Below are positions 1-10,476 of a stretch of DNA of 64,000 bases, one piece after another (the first letter of the stretch is position 1; every line of letters begins with the position of its first letter). The notes under the pieces were generated by a model. That model did not search any database. It was not told where the DNA came from and was given only the letters and a program-made list of their open reading frames with translations. A program made the translations under genes and the position numbers. The stretch spans positions 87,358,001 through 87,422,000 of the forward strand of contig NC_043006.1 in the NCBI RefSeq assembly GCF_006345805.1, written 5' to 3'. The DNA is from Octopus sinensis. Its lineage: Eukaryota.

Positions 1-267
1 ATTCTTCATACTTTCTGTTGCATTGTTACCTTTATTGAACTCATAAAACAAATTATGCCAAATATACTCCTTTATCATTTCCATTATAGCTTTGAAAAAA
101 TAACTGTTAAAATCGAACTTCACTCTTCAAAACTTGCACTAAGAATAAGCACAAGGTAAAATTACTACCTCCTTTTATAGAAAGTTGATGCAGGTAGTTT
201 ATCTCATCCCCCTTTGACTTTTAGTTCATGCAATTGAAAAAACTGCATTATTTATGGGATGACTCAA
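1..267 (-). mobile_element. Mariner-family transposon, left end and transposase N-terminus (runs off window start)
   Basis: Reverse strand reads TA|TTGAGTCATCCCATAAATAATGCAG, matching the TIR of the 14418-15304 element. ATG at 84 gives MEMIKEYIWHNLFYEFNKGNNATESMKN, homologous to MEVTKEHIQHILPYEFNEGNN at 14593. Confidence 0.85.
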
Positions 268-320
268 TATAATAAAAATCATATACAGTTGTCTTTTTTG
301 TAAATTTTTCAGTGGATTAA

Positions 321-530
321 GGCCGTGAGCAGACAGAATTGCAAGTAGGCCAAGCAAAATGCATAGCAGCAGTTCGTCTGTCTTCACATTCATCTGTCTT
401 TACATTCTGAATTCAAACTCGGCCAAGGTCAACTTTATCTTTGATCCTTTTGGGGTGGGGGTCAATAAAATAACTACCAATTGAGCACTGAGGTTGATGT
501 ACTCAATTTAATCCCTCTCCTAAAATTTCA
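321..530 (+). mobile_element. Degenerate tRNA-derived SINE
   Basis: Matches the reverse complement of the better preserved copies at 10150-10380 and 34430-34668 (GAATTCAAACTC B-box-like motif, AAGGTCAACTTT..CCTTTTGGGG..AATAAAATAACTACCA). Confidence 0.55.
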
Positions 531-900
531 GTGGAGTAGCAGAATCATTAGAAGATTGTGGCTTTAAATACTGCTGAGTCTAACTTTACCTTTAATTCTT
601 AATGGAGTTGATAAAATAAGATATCAAGGAAATACAGAGATTGATTTAAGTTGACAATACTCTTGAGTAAAATGTGTGGATTTGTGTCTATGTCAGAAAT
701 AAATATTTCAAAATTTTATGACAATTTGAATTATAAAAACCAAATATTGTGAGTGAATGTCTGTAAAATAATATTTTGGTTTGCAGCAGCAGTTTAGTTA
801 AAATTTACAGCTTCTTCATTTGTTCATTAATTTTGTGTACTTTTTTTTTTCTCTGCTTACAGGGGTTTGACTAATATATTATTGAAACATTGTTTTTCAG

Positions 901-981
901 CTTGATGCTCTTTCTATAGATAATCCTTATGTGTTATTCAATAAGACATTTCTTACTCCATGCAACTTTAAAGTTTGTGAA
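901..981 (+). CDS. Candidate internal coding exon of an unidentified host gene (LDALSIDNPYVLFNKTFLTPCNFKVCE)
   Basis: Acceptor tgtttttcag|, donor GAA|gtgagc, 81 nt open in phase 0-0, non-repetitive sequence. No family recognised. Confidence 0.4.
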
Positions 982-1682
982 GTGAGCAGTTGATTTGTTT
1001 ATAGGGGAACTGACTCTAACATTATCTGTACGTCCCTACTTTCATAGAAGCAAGATGTAAACAAGCACATGCATACACACACACATCCTCATTGTTTCAA
1101 TTTTCAATTTCCAGTGGGTCAGACAGAATTTGTTGGGACATATTTTCTACACACATATGTGTGCATGTATGTGCATGTGTGTATATAGTGGGAGAGAGAA
1201 AGATGGGGGAGGTGAGATAAAATTTCTTGTCTCGTGTTTAAAAGAGAAAATCTCTTGCATTGGCACCCATTCAGGTTTTGGACAAGCACAAACACACAGC
1301 CATACACACACACACAAACACGCACAGGGCTACAGTAGGAGACATTTGGTGTCACACACTAGTGCTAAATCCAGAAACACGTAGCTAAGGAACAAAGTTC
1401 CTGCCACACAGACAGGACTGTGTCTTAGAACAGAGCTTATAGAAAAACATAATAATCGGTAAGTATATAACCAGCTTCAGAAAAATTCTAATTAATAATT
1501 ATTATTAATTTGCAGTTTATGTATATCTCTTTTAGCATAACAAATGCAATAAATACAAGTTTCTTTGGGATCTTGTAAAATTTCTTTCTGACTTTTGCCA
1601 GAATATTTTTAAAAGGCATAGTTTATATGTAGTTTGAATTTATAGTTAAACAACACCTAGCTCAATGTCATATATGTATGTG

Positions 1683-1719
<37 letters not shown>

Positions 1720-2094
1720 TACTGTCAGAAATTAATTAGCACCCTTGATTTGCTCTTCACTCAAGGTATTTGCTGTCACCTAGTGGCCATATCTCGAACT
1801 ATTGCTTTGTTGCGAGTTCACTGTTGCGCAGAACGATGACGTAACTTTGTTTGCAGAGCAGTTTGAGAGTCTACAGCCTAATGATGTTGACATAGCAGTG
1901 CAACAACAACTTGGAGTGCGGATGCAGACAAATCTTCCTTTGTTTAATAGATATAGGTAGCGCCTCGCAAGGACCGAAATCACACCGTACTAAGTTTTCT
2001 CATCACGTAAGATGTTTTGAACAGCTCGTAGGTTAATTGATTTGTGTATTTGCAAAATTTTTTTTCCTCACAAATTCTCCTACACTCTGCTTGG

Positions 2095-2109
2095 TGACGT
2101 CACTTCCGG
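2095..2109. promoter_or_regulatory. Overlapping CRE + ETS composite motif (TGACGTCACTTCCGG = revcomp CCGGAAGTGACGTCA) in the Tc1 5' region
   Basis: Exact sequence seen about 170 bp upstream of the transposase ATG. Function is inferred from the known ETS-CRE promoter motif. Confidence 0.55.
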
Positions 2110-2141
2110 TTCACAAAACTTTCTGTTATACATCAAATAAG

Positions 2142-2268
2142 GTGAGAAATTCTGCTTTCTTTCTTTTTTGTTTCATGAATAATAACTCATAGCAGTTTTG
2201 TTATAGCATAACATTATTCAAATGAATAGTTTTAATGAAAATAACTGGTTTTTATCGTTCATTCCTAG
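2142..2268 (+). other. Putative 127-nt 5'-UTR intron of the Tc1 transposase transcript
   Basis: Donor AAG|gtgaga at 2142, AT-rich body, acceptor ttttatcgttcattcctag|ATG directly abutting the start codon at 2269. Confidence 0.55.
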
Positions 2269-3304
2269 ATGGGCCCAAGACTTTGCATGACCTTGGAGAG
2301 ACGGTACGAGGCTCTCTCGTGGCGTGGGAAGCTGTCGGAGGCTGCAATAGCCAGAAAACTTCAATGTTATTTAAGAAATACGAGGAAATTCAGTGCTTAT
2401 TTAAGAAATACGAGGAAATTCAGTGCTTATTTAAGAAATACGAGGAAACCGGATCAGCAGCTGACAAAAAGGGTAGGGGACGGAAGAGGCTGACGACCCA
2501 GCGGGAGGACCGGATGCTGATCCGAAAGTCACTGTACAACTGAAGGGCAACGAGCCAGCAACTGGCGGAGGAGATGCAAAAGATGACAGGGAAGCAGTTG
2601 TCTACAACCACCGTCAAGACCAGATTACTGGAAGCTGGTCTAAAATCCTGTAGGGCCGCCCGTAAGCCGCTCCTTACAGCCCAAAACCGGAAGAGGCGGC
2701 TGCTCTGGGCCCATGCCCACAAGATATGGACCGTGCAGCAGTGGCGGACAGTGATGTTCACTGACGAGTCGCGATTCAGTCTCGTCAGTGACAAGCCTGT
2801 CCATGTGCGACGCCGCAGGGGTGAGAGCTTCAACAAAGACCGCATTGCTCCCACCATGAAGCATGGTGGGGGTGGTCTGATGGTGTGAGGGGCATTCAGC
2901 TACATTGGTGTTGGGCGGCTCTATGCCGTCGAAGGCAACATCAACGCAGCAAAGTACGTTGAGATAGTACGGGATACCTCTTTGGTGGCGAGGAGTACGT
3001 GCTCCAGCAGGACAACGCGCCTTCCCACACAGCCAAGCTCACAACCGGTTTCTTCAAGGACCATGGGGTGACGGTCATGGACTGGCCTGGCCAGTCACCT
3101 GACCTGAACCCTATTGAGAACCTCTGGAGTCGATTGGGTAGGGATTTGAATGTGCAGCAATACAGGAACCGACACGAGCTGTTTGGGGCACTTCTTGCTG
3201 CATGGAGGGCCATCCCTGCACAGTACCTGCAGGCACTCATAGACAGCATGCCGACCAGCATAGCAGCTGTCATTGCTGCCAAAGGAGGAGCAACAAGATA
3301 TTGA
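2269..3304 (+). pseudogene. Tc1 transposase pseudogene (HTH domains, FTDESRF, QDNAP-34-E of PDLNPIENLW)
   Basis: Pieces in several frames: AIARKLQC, GRGRKRLTT, KPLLT, FTDESRF, KHGGG, QQDNAPSH, WPGQSPDLNPIENLW. In-frame TGA at 2541 and 2886; frameshifts near 2367 and 2975. Confidence 0.92.
2367..2448 (+). repeat. 30-bp tandem triplication inside the transposase
   Basis: TTATTTAAGAAATACGAGGAAATTCAGTGC at 2367 and 2397, plus a 22-bp partial copy at 2427. Confidence 0.95.
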
Positions 3305-3489
3305 CTAAATTTCACGATTAATAACAATTATGTGGTGTGCTGGGACATGTTTTAATAAACTTTTGATTAAAAATGAGTTTGTTTCTGATAATAAGTTAAT
3401 TAAATTAAGAAAATGTAAGAAAATGTAGAAATTTGAGAAGTGCTAATTAATTTCCAATGCAAGTGTATATAAGGCATCATGTTGATGTC

Positions 3490-3740
3490 ATGTAAAAACA
3501 TCCAGTCTACCCTGTAAAGTGGTGGGGTTAGGAAGGGTATCCAACCGTTGAAACAATGCTTCTATGTGGTGCCACGTCAAAGCACTCAGTCCACACTGTG
3601 AAGTGGTGGTTTTAGGAAGGACATCTAGCCACAAAAACCATGCCAAACCAGATGGGTACCAGATGAAACCCATGGCTTGTTGGCCCCTGTCAAACTGTCC
3701 AACCTATGGAAAATGGACGTTAACTGATGATGCCAATGAT
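3490..3740 (+). mobile_element. Degenerate RTE 3'-tail fragment
   Basis: Similar to 6660-6817 (TTAGGAAGGG.ATCCA.CCGT..AAAC; TCCAACC.ATG...GGAAAATGGACGTTAA.TGATGAT). Confidence 0.65.
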
Positions 3741-4131
3741 ATGCATATATATACATACACATATTGTATATATTTATTTGTGTGTGTGTGCGTGGGCGTG
3801 TGTGTGTGTGTGTGTGTCGTAACTTTATGAAACATGGATAATTTGGTAATAAAATTTTCTAAATATACACCTCAGATGGTGCAGATTACAATTATATTGG
3901 AATTTGTTGTGTAAAGCATTTTTCTACTCTCTTTAAAATAAACTCAAAGGTAGCCGGTCCTTAAGTTGTTCTTTAGTATGCTAGAAATAGCAGTTATTAG
4001 GCATAAAAAAACAGTCACTATTTTGATCTCAGAATTGTCTAATATGTATTATATATATATATATATATATATATACACGTTTAAATATTTGTTGTGCAAG
4101 ATTTTTTATGTGAAGTTGTGTGTTGAAACAG

Positions 4132-4416
4132 ATATTGTTATATTTCGGAATGGTCATTTTACCAGTTTAGCCAATAAAAACACACGCACTATATATTTGG
4201 TGTTACTTTGCTTCAGTGTTATTTATTTTTTACATTAATCTTAATCTTCTTTCGGTCAGAGTTCTTTCGTCACACTCCTGTGACCGCATCAGTGGTCCTT
4301 TGTTTTCTTCTTTCTTATTTGTGTCTCTCCTCACTAACCGTCAGCCATTTTGTATTTCTGTTGTATGTCTTCATTTGCGCATGCGTATAACTCTATGTGC
4401 GTCTATGTTTATTTAG
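4132..4416 (-). mobile_element. Penelope-like terminal (pLTR-type) fragment carrying a hammerhead-like motif
   Basis: 4132-4238 is a near-identical inverted copy of 7634-7740, which abuts the GIY-YIG element. Hammerhead-like motif at 4254-4298. Confidence 0.65.
4254..4298 (-). ncRNA. Minimal type I hammerhead-like motif, probably inactive (A9 to C)
   Basis: Minus strand GGACCA CTGATGC G GTCAC-aggagt-GTGAC GAAA GAAC TC TGACC. Stem II is perfect; the core has one substitution; stem I is imperfect. Confidence 0.55.
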
Positions 4417-4467
4417 TGTGTGTATGTGGGGGGATGCCTGTAATATTTGTATCTTCTGTTTATATAT

Positions 4468-4612
4468 TCTCTTTTACTTGTTTCAGTCATTTGACTGTGG
4501 CCATGCTGGAGCACCGCCTTTAGTCGAGCAAATCGACCCTGGAACTTATTCTTTGTAAGCCCAGTACTTATTCTATCGGTCTCTTATGCCGAACCGCTAA
4601 GTGACGGGGACG
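4468..4612 (-). mobile_element. SINE 3' part (family also at 17575, 24638, 33294)
   Basis: TTTTACTTGTTTCAGTCATTTGACTGTGGCCATGCTGGAGCACCGCC shared with the listed copies. Confidence 0.8.
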
Positions 4613-4771
4613 TTCATGTAATTATGTTCATGTAATTTGTATTTTGGTTTTGTTGTTTTTGTTTATTCTTATTTTGTTCATGTGTTTACATCCACTTATT
4701 ATTATCATTACATATGCTTGTATGTATGTATAACAACAATACTAGTAATAATAATAATAAATCGAATCGAA

Positions 4772-4818
<47 letters not shown>

Positions 4819-4865
4819 TTATTTCTATTAGTTTATTTATTTATCTGTGTATTTATTATGTTTTA

Positions 4866-6226
4866 GAGAGAGAGTTAGCTTAGATGAGATGCAGTTTGGG
4901 TTCGTGCCAGGGAAAAGTACTACTGATGCTATATTCCTGGTAAGACAGCTGCAGGAGAAATACCTAGCCAAAGATAAGCCCCTGTACTTGGCTTTTGTTG
5001 ACATGGAGAAAGCCTTTGACAGGGTCCCCCGATCCCTTATCTGGTGGTCAATGAGGAAACTAGAGATAGATGAATGGTTAGTGAGAGCTGTGCGAGCCAT
5101 GTACAGAGACGCTGCTAGTAAGGTGAGGGTTGGCAACGAGTACAGTGAAGAATTCTGGGTAGAGGTTGGGGTCCACCAAGGTTCAGTCCTCAGTCCCCTC
5201 CTATTTATCATAGTTCTCCAGGCAATAACGGAGGAATTCAAGACAGGATGCTCCTGGGAGCTCCTCTATGCTGATGACCTTGCTCTAATTGCTGAGTCAC
5301 TATCAGAACTGGAGGAGAAGTTTCAGGTGTGGAAACAAGGATTAGAATCGAAGGGCCTTAGAATCAACCTAGCCAAAACCAAAGTCCTAATAAGTAGGAA
5401 GGTGGACCAATCACAAACGACTTCAGGTAGATGGCCCTGCTCGATCTGTAAAAAAGGTGTAGGTAGAAACTCTATAAGGTGCACCAAGTGTAAGCTATGG
5501 ACACATAAGAGTGCAGCAGCAATGTCAAAGGAAGGCTAACTAGGAAAATAGTTTTTGTATGTGGCAGATGCTCAGGAGCAATAAACACTGGAAATGTGGC
5601 AGAGACCAACTTCTACCACGTTCCAGGGAGACAAACTAGAAGTAGTTGATAGCTTCTGCTACCTAGGTAACCAAGTCAGTAGCGGGGGTGGGTGTGCTGA
5701 AAGTGTAACTGCTAGAGTAAGAATAGCCTGGGCAAAGTTTAGAGAGCTCTTACCCCTGCTGGTGACAAAAGGCCTCTCGCTCAGAGTAAAAGGTAGACTG
5801 TATGATGCATGTGTACGTACAGCCATGCTACATGGTAGTGAAACATGGGCTGTGACTGCTGAGGATATGTGTAAGCTCATAAGAAATGAAGCCAGTATGC
5901 TCCGATGGATGTGTAATGTCAGTGTTCATAATTGACAGAGTGTAAGTACCTTGAGAGAAAAGTTGAACCTAAGAAGCATCAGTTGTGGTGTGCAAGAGAG
6001 ACGTCTGCGCTGGTATGGTCATGTGACGAGAATGGCTGAAGATAGTTGTGTGCAAAAGTGCTACACCCTAGCAGTTGAGGGAACCTGTGGAAGAGGTAGA
6101 CCCAGGAAAACCTGGGACGAGGTGGTGAAGCACGACCTTCGAACTTTAGGTCTCACCAAGGAAATGACTAGAGACCGAGACCTATGGAAGTATGCTGTGC
6201 ATGAGAAGACCCGGCAAGACAAGTGA
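4866..6226 (+). pseudogene. RTE reverse transcriptase ORF fragment with an inserted Cys-rich (PHD-like) finger
   Basis: QFGFVPGKSTTDAIF, AFVDMEKAFDRVP, GVHQGSVLSPLLF, LYADDL, CSICKKGVGRNSIRCTKCKLWTHK, RRLRWYGHV, RGRPRKTW. Frameshifts near 5510 and 5590, stop at 5933. Confidence 0.92.
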
Positions 6227-6459
6227 GGCCATAACCCATGGCCTGTACCTGGTATGAAGCCAGTCGACTTATACATACCTTTCCTTCTTGGGACACAAAA
6301 CTCCACTTGTGAAGACCCGTTGAGGCAAGTGAAAATCAAAAAATCAAAAAAATCAAAATCAAAATCAAATCAGATATCAGAAAGCAGAACCAAAATCGAA
6401 GTCGATCAATATCAATGGAAATTGCGGCTGTGATACCAGTGCCGGTGACAAGTAAGCGA

Positions 6460-6645
6460 ACCATCCGATTGTGGCCGTTACCAGCACCGCCCCGACTGGC
6501 CTCTGTGCCGGTGGCACGTAAAAGTACCATCCGTTCGTGTCCGTTGCCAGCCTCGCCTGGCCCCTGTGCCGGTGGCACATAAAAGCACCATCCGTTCATG
6601 GCCGTTTGCCAGCACCGTCTGGCACCTGTGTGGGGGGCACATAAA
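6460..6645 (+). repeat. Three degenerate ~58-bp direct repeats in the RTE 3' UTR
   Basis: GCCAGC..C...TGGC.CCTGTGCCGGTGGCAC.TAAAAG.ACCATCC recurs three times. Confidence 0.75.
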
Positions 6646-6829
6646 AAGAACCCACTACACTCACGGAGTGGCTGGTGTTAGGAAGGGCATCCAGCCGTAG
6701 AAACACTGCCAGATCAGACTGGGCCTGATGCAGCCTTCTGGCTTCACAGACCCCAGTTGAACCGTCCAACCCATGCTAGCATGGAAAACGGACGCTAAAT
6801 GATGATGATGATGATGATATGATGATCCT

Positions 6830-7632
6830 CTATCGTCATATGTTGTGGTGTGTGTTAGTGCTCCATTCTAGTTTTCTATTCGGGCTAGGTTTATTTTCTA
6901 TTATGTGTGTAGCTTCTGTAATTTGTCTAATTGTTGCATCTGTTCTATGTGTGGACAATATTTTAATTTCTATGTTATTGATTGATCCCCTGTGTTCCTG
7001 TTCGGCGTGTTGGTACAGAATCGATGAGCTTTTACCTTGCTTGAGTTGTTTCCAATGTCCATTTACCCGCTCTCCTATGCTTCTTGCCGTTTCCCCTACA
7101 TATGTCGTCTTGTTACTGCATCGTCCCTCTATACATCTTATACTATAGACTACATTTCTGGCTTTACAGTTTGTTTGTGGGCTAAATCTACATACAGTAC
7201 AGTACTTATCCGTACAGGGGGTTCTACTAAAAGGATAGGTTCTATCAATTATAGATTTGATAGGGTTGCCTGGCTTTTCAACAACCTTAATTCTTAGCTT
7301 AAGTTTGGCTAGGGTCCTTCTAAAGCGGTACGCCAGTTCACCTCCAAGGGTGGTGTCAACGAACATGACACTCTGGTATTTATGGCTATCATACCAAGAG
7401 TTGGCCTTCCCTATTTTCTTTTTTGTCCTTTCTATAGTGTTCCATAACGTGTTCCTATAGAGTGGGTAAATCCCATTCCTATCATTACAAATTCTTCATG
7501 GCTCCTTTGTATATTCTGATCCTTTCTTTATGGCTGTAACCTGAGAACTGCATGCGGTGAATGAAATATTGTATGTGTCTCTTTAACTCTGTGGGCTCGC
7601 ACATGCGTGACACATTTCTCATTATTCTGACG
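6830..7632 (-). mobile_element. Penelope-like element (Neptune-like) 3' coding fragment: RT thumb, Cys-rich linker, GIY-YIG endonuclease
   Basis: ORF 6836-7366 has PCTDKYCTVC..NCKARNVVYSIRC..C..TTYVGETAR...H...H. The upstream minus frame gives MRNVSRMCEPTELKRHIQYFIHRMQFSGYSHKERIRIYKGAM. Confidence 0.85.
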
Positions 7633-7633
7633 A

Positions 7634-7732
7634 TTAATGTAAAAAATAAATAACACTGAAGCATAATAACACCAAATATATAGTGCGTGTGTTTTTATTG
7701 ACTAAACTGGCAATATGACCATTCCGAAATAT

Positions 7733-7740
<8 letters not shown>
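7634..7740 (+). repeat. Penelope terminal segment joined in inverted orientation to the element body
   Basis: Reverse complement of 4132-4238; ends in a (TA)n tract. Confidence 0.7.
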
Positions 7741-7768
<28 letters not shown>

Positions 7769-8021
7769 ACATATACATACATATATATATAATATATATA
7801 TGCATATATCAAATAAAATCAAAAACAGAAAACAAAGGATGTCGCGGTACACATGTTTCAAGCTTTATAAACGACCTGTTCTTAAATCAGTGTATAATAG
7901 ATATAAAAGATAGTTTAAAGCTCTCTTCAACCACATGCATTGTTATTCCAAAGAGTTACATCACACTATAAGAAATATGAAAAGCACATGCTGGCGTATA
8001 CAGGTGCTTACACTTATCAAG

Positions 8022-8069
<48 letters not shown>

Positions 8070-8071
<2 letters not shown>

Positions 8072-8502
8072 CTTTTATGTATAATTTTACCCTCACGGGC
8101 TATTCTTTACTGGAAAGCAATACTCTCGTATTGCATTACTATTTTCATTGAAACTTCTTCACTGTTCTCGCTCTGTTAACGTTTTGGCATTCAGATGAGT
8201 GTACTGGTACAGATGTGGCAACATTTGAAATATTGTTGAGGTTTATGCAGCTGATGAGGATAAATCAATTATACGATTGGCATTCGTATTTGAAAAATCC
8301 GAAACCGGTACTGCCTTATCCGTTATCTAGGTTTTTCATTTTTCAGATGTTCTTCCTAGAGGTAAGACAATTTTTTTCATGTTTGTTGCACACACGCATC
8401 TTTACTAGTACATACACAGTGAAGCTATACATTAGCGTCGTATTTATTACATTCGCTATTTCCAGTAAATATCGGTACTTCGTTGTACCATTTATTTACT
8501 TT
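8070..8502 (+). mobile_element. Short (TA)n-bounded element containing an intact hammerhead motif (PLE terminus or retrozyme-like)
   Basis: Non-microsatellite block between two TA arrays, with the hammerhead at 8247-8314. Element identity is inferred. Confidence 0.5.
8247..8314 (+). ncRNA. Minimal type I hammerhead ribozyme with intact catalytic core
   Basis: Stem I GCAG(8247-50)/CTGC(8311-14), core CTGATGA(8251-57), stem II GGAT/ATCC with inner ATACGA/TCGTAT helix, GAAA(8301-04), palindromic stem III ACCGGT, cleavage triplet GUA. Confidence 0.85.
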
Positions 8503-8609
8503 TATATATATATATATAATATATATATATACATACATACATACATATATACATACATACATACATACATATATATATATATAGTATACATATATATATA
8601 TATATATGT

Positions 8610-8663
<54 letters not shown>

Positions 8664-8820
8664 ACACATACATATACATCATATACACATGCATACATAT
8701 ATACATACATATATACACACACATACACACATACATATACATCATATACAGATGCATACATATATACATACACACATATATATACACACACACACATATA
8801 TACATATAAATATATGTACA
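8503..8820. repeat. Compound (TA)n/(TACA)n/(CA)n microsatellite
   Basis: Direct reading; explains the YIYI-type ORFs. Confidence 0.95.
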
Positions 8821-9719
8821 CACTAACGCATTATACTCTGTTTTAAATAAACTGAAAGGCAGCCCATCCTTAACATGGTTGTTTAGTATACTAGAAATCG
8901 AAGTTATTAAACATACAAAATAGCCACTATTCTGATCACCTAATATGCCCATGAAAGGAAAAAAAGTCTTCTGCAGTACATTAGGAGGCGAGATTAGTTG
9001 ATAGCACCCGTAAACAAAATGAGGAAGCAAAATAACTCTGAGGTGGTGGTGGTGGGGGGGGGGGAATTCCGAGGTGCAAGCTGACTGGGAACCTAGGGCT
9101 CACCAAAACTGTTTTCAATTGGGCTCTGCACCTCCTGAGGCCGGCCCTGCTTCCATCATCCTCATCATTTTATATCTACACTTCCATGTTAGCAATATGC
9201 AGCATAATAATGAACATTGCTATTTCCCTTATTCTGAAAATATCCATTAACATTGCTGCTATAATGGAAACAAAAACAACAACAAACCTAAAATCAAAAG
9301 ACAAAAATCTTGTAAGATATCCATGTAAGTAATACATTAAGTTATTGTTGAAATGCTAATGCGCTTTCTTTAATATAAGTAACATATATATGTTTGTACT
9401 ATTCACTGACTGGCCACCAGGTACAATCACACAATGAATCTTATATCATATGAATACAATGAAGCATCAATGTAGCCATTTGATCTACTAGATATGATAA
9501 CTAAATCTCCCCCAAATAACACCCTGTCATCTTACAACAGCCTACCAATGATTTTCCTAAACTTCCTGAAGACCCATAGATCACAATCAGTTCAACATAC
9601 TCCTTTTCTGCATATTGAACATAGTTATTTTACAGATTGCAATAGAGTTCTTCTAACTAAAATATTTGTCTTTCCTGAATATACTTTCAAGCCTCTCAGT
9701 TTTAGGTTTTGCTGCAAAG

Positions 9720-9900
9720 GGCACTCGTACACATATATATTTAATGTGGGTTCTTTTCAGTTTCTGTCAACAAAATGCACTCACAAAACTTTGGTTTGCT
9801 TGAGGTTAGAGTAGATGACTGATGCTTGAAGTGCCTAGCAATGGAAAAGAACACAAAACCCCATGGTTGCAAAGCAAACTTCTTAACCACATATCTATTT
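9720..9900 (-). mobile_element. Degenerate SINE 5' half
   Basis: Reverse complement resembles 33294-33460 (GTGGTTAAGAAGTTTGCTT..CAACCATGG...CCAAAG.TTTGTGAGTG.ATTT). Confidence 0.55.
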
Positions 9901-10149
9901 GCTCCCTCATATATCAACCTCTACTCTTTCAATAATGGAGGTTTTCTTTTACCTTATGAGCAACAAGGCAATCCTACAAGTTCTGGAGCCACAATAAAAG
10001 CAACCAGCACATTTTACAAAGTCATTATTGTTGTTTACAGTATCCAGCGACAGAAATGATGTCAAAACTAAAATATTGGCACAACACATGGTCCTTCAGC
10101 CTGTTACATCTTGTCAAACTACTCCACCCATCAAATCATTAAACATATC

Positions 10150-10380
10150 TTTCTTTACTACCCACAAGGGGCTAAACACAGAGGAGACAAACAAGGACAG
10201 ACAAAGGGATTAAGTCGATTACATCGACCCCAGTGCGTAACTGGTACTTAATTTATCGACCTCGGAAGGATGAAAGACAAAGTCGACCTCGGCGGAATTT
10301 GAACTTGGAACGTAACGGCAGACGAAATACGGCAACGCATTTCGCCCGGCCTGCTAACGTTCCTGCCAGCTCGCTGCCTT
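10150..10380 (-). mobile_element. tRNA-derived SINE, well preserved
   Basis: Minus head AAGGCAGCGAGCTGGCAG..CGTTAGC and B-box-like AAGTTCAAATTCC. Near-identical copy at 34430-34668. Confidence 0.85.
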
Positions 10381-10476
10381 AATCATTAAATATAGATATA
10401 GGTGTGTGTATGTGTGTGTGTGTGTATGTGCGTGTGTGTGTGCGTGTGAATGCATATATGTACACATGAATATGTA

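Larger units (their letters stand above)
1717..3465 (+). mobile_element. Full-length Tc1-like DNA transposon (DD34E), inactivated
   Basis: TA-flanked imperfect 26-bp TIRs: CACTACTGTCAGAAATTAATTAGCAC versus revcomp CACTTGCATTGGAAATTAATTAGCAC. Internal transposase present. Confidence 0.92.
4866..6818 (+). mobile_element. 5'-truncated RTE-clade LINE with 3' UTR and (ATG)n tail
   Basis: RT ORF pieces, a roughly 590-bp 3' UTR, and an end GGACGCTAAATGATGATGATG. Confidence 0.93.

Noticed and set aside
1780-1983. 67-aa minus ORF and a 57-codon plus frame in the Tc1 5' region (captured exon?)
   Set aside because: No recognisable motif, and this length is expected by chance in sequence of this composition.
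2367-2448. Direct repeats of CRISPR-like length (also 6460-6645)
   Set aside because: No unique spacers, located inside transposable elements, eukaryotic context, no cas genes.
2759-2790. CTGACGA in the Tc1 ORF (also CTGATGA at ~27779, ~30172, ~32992 and ~50496)
   Set aside because: No stem II closed by GAAA and no stem I or III. At 2759 it is simply the T-D-E codons.
8215-9030. Long ORFs rich in YI/HT/CV (also 12700-13700, 26970-27620, 28370-28870, 54160-54510)
   Set aside because: They are translations of TA/CA/GATA microsatellites, which lack stop codons.
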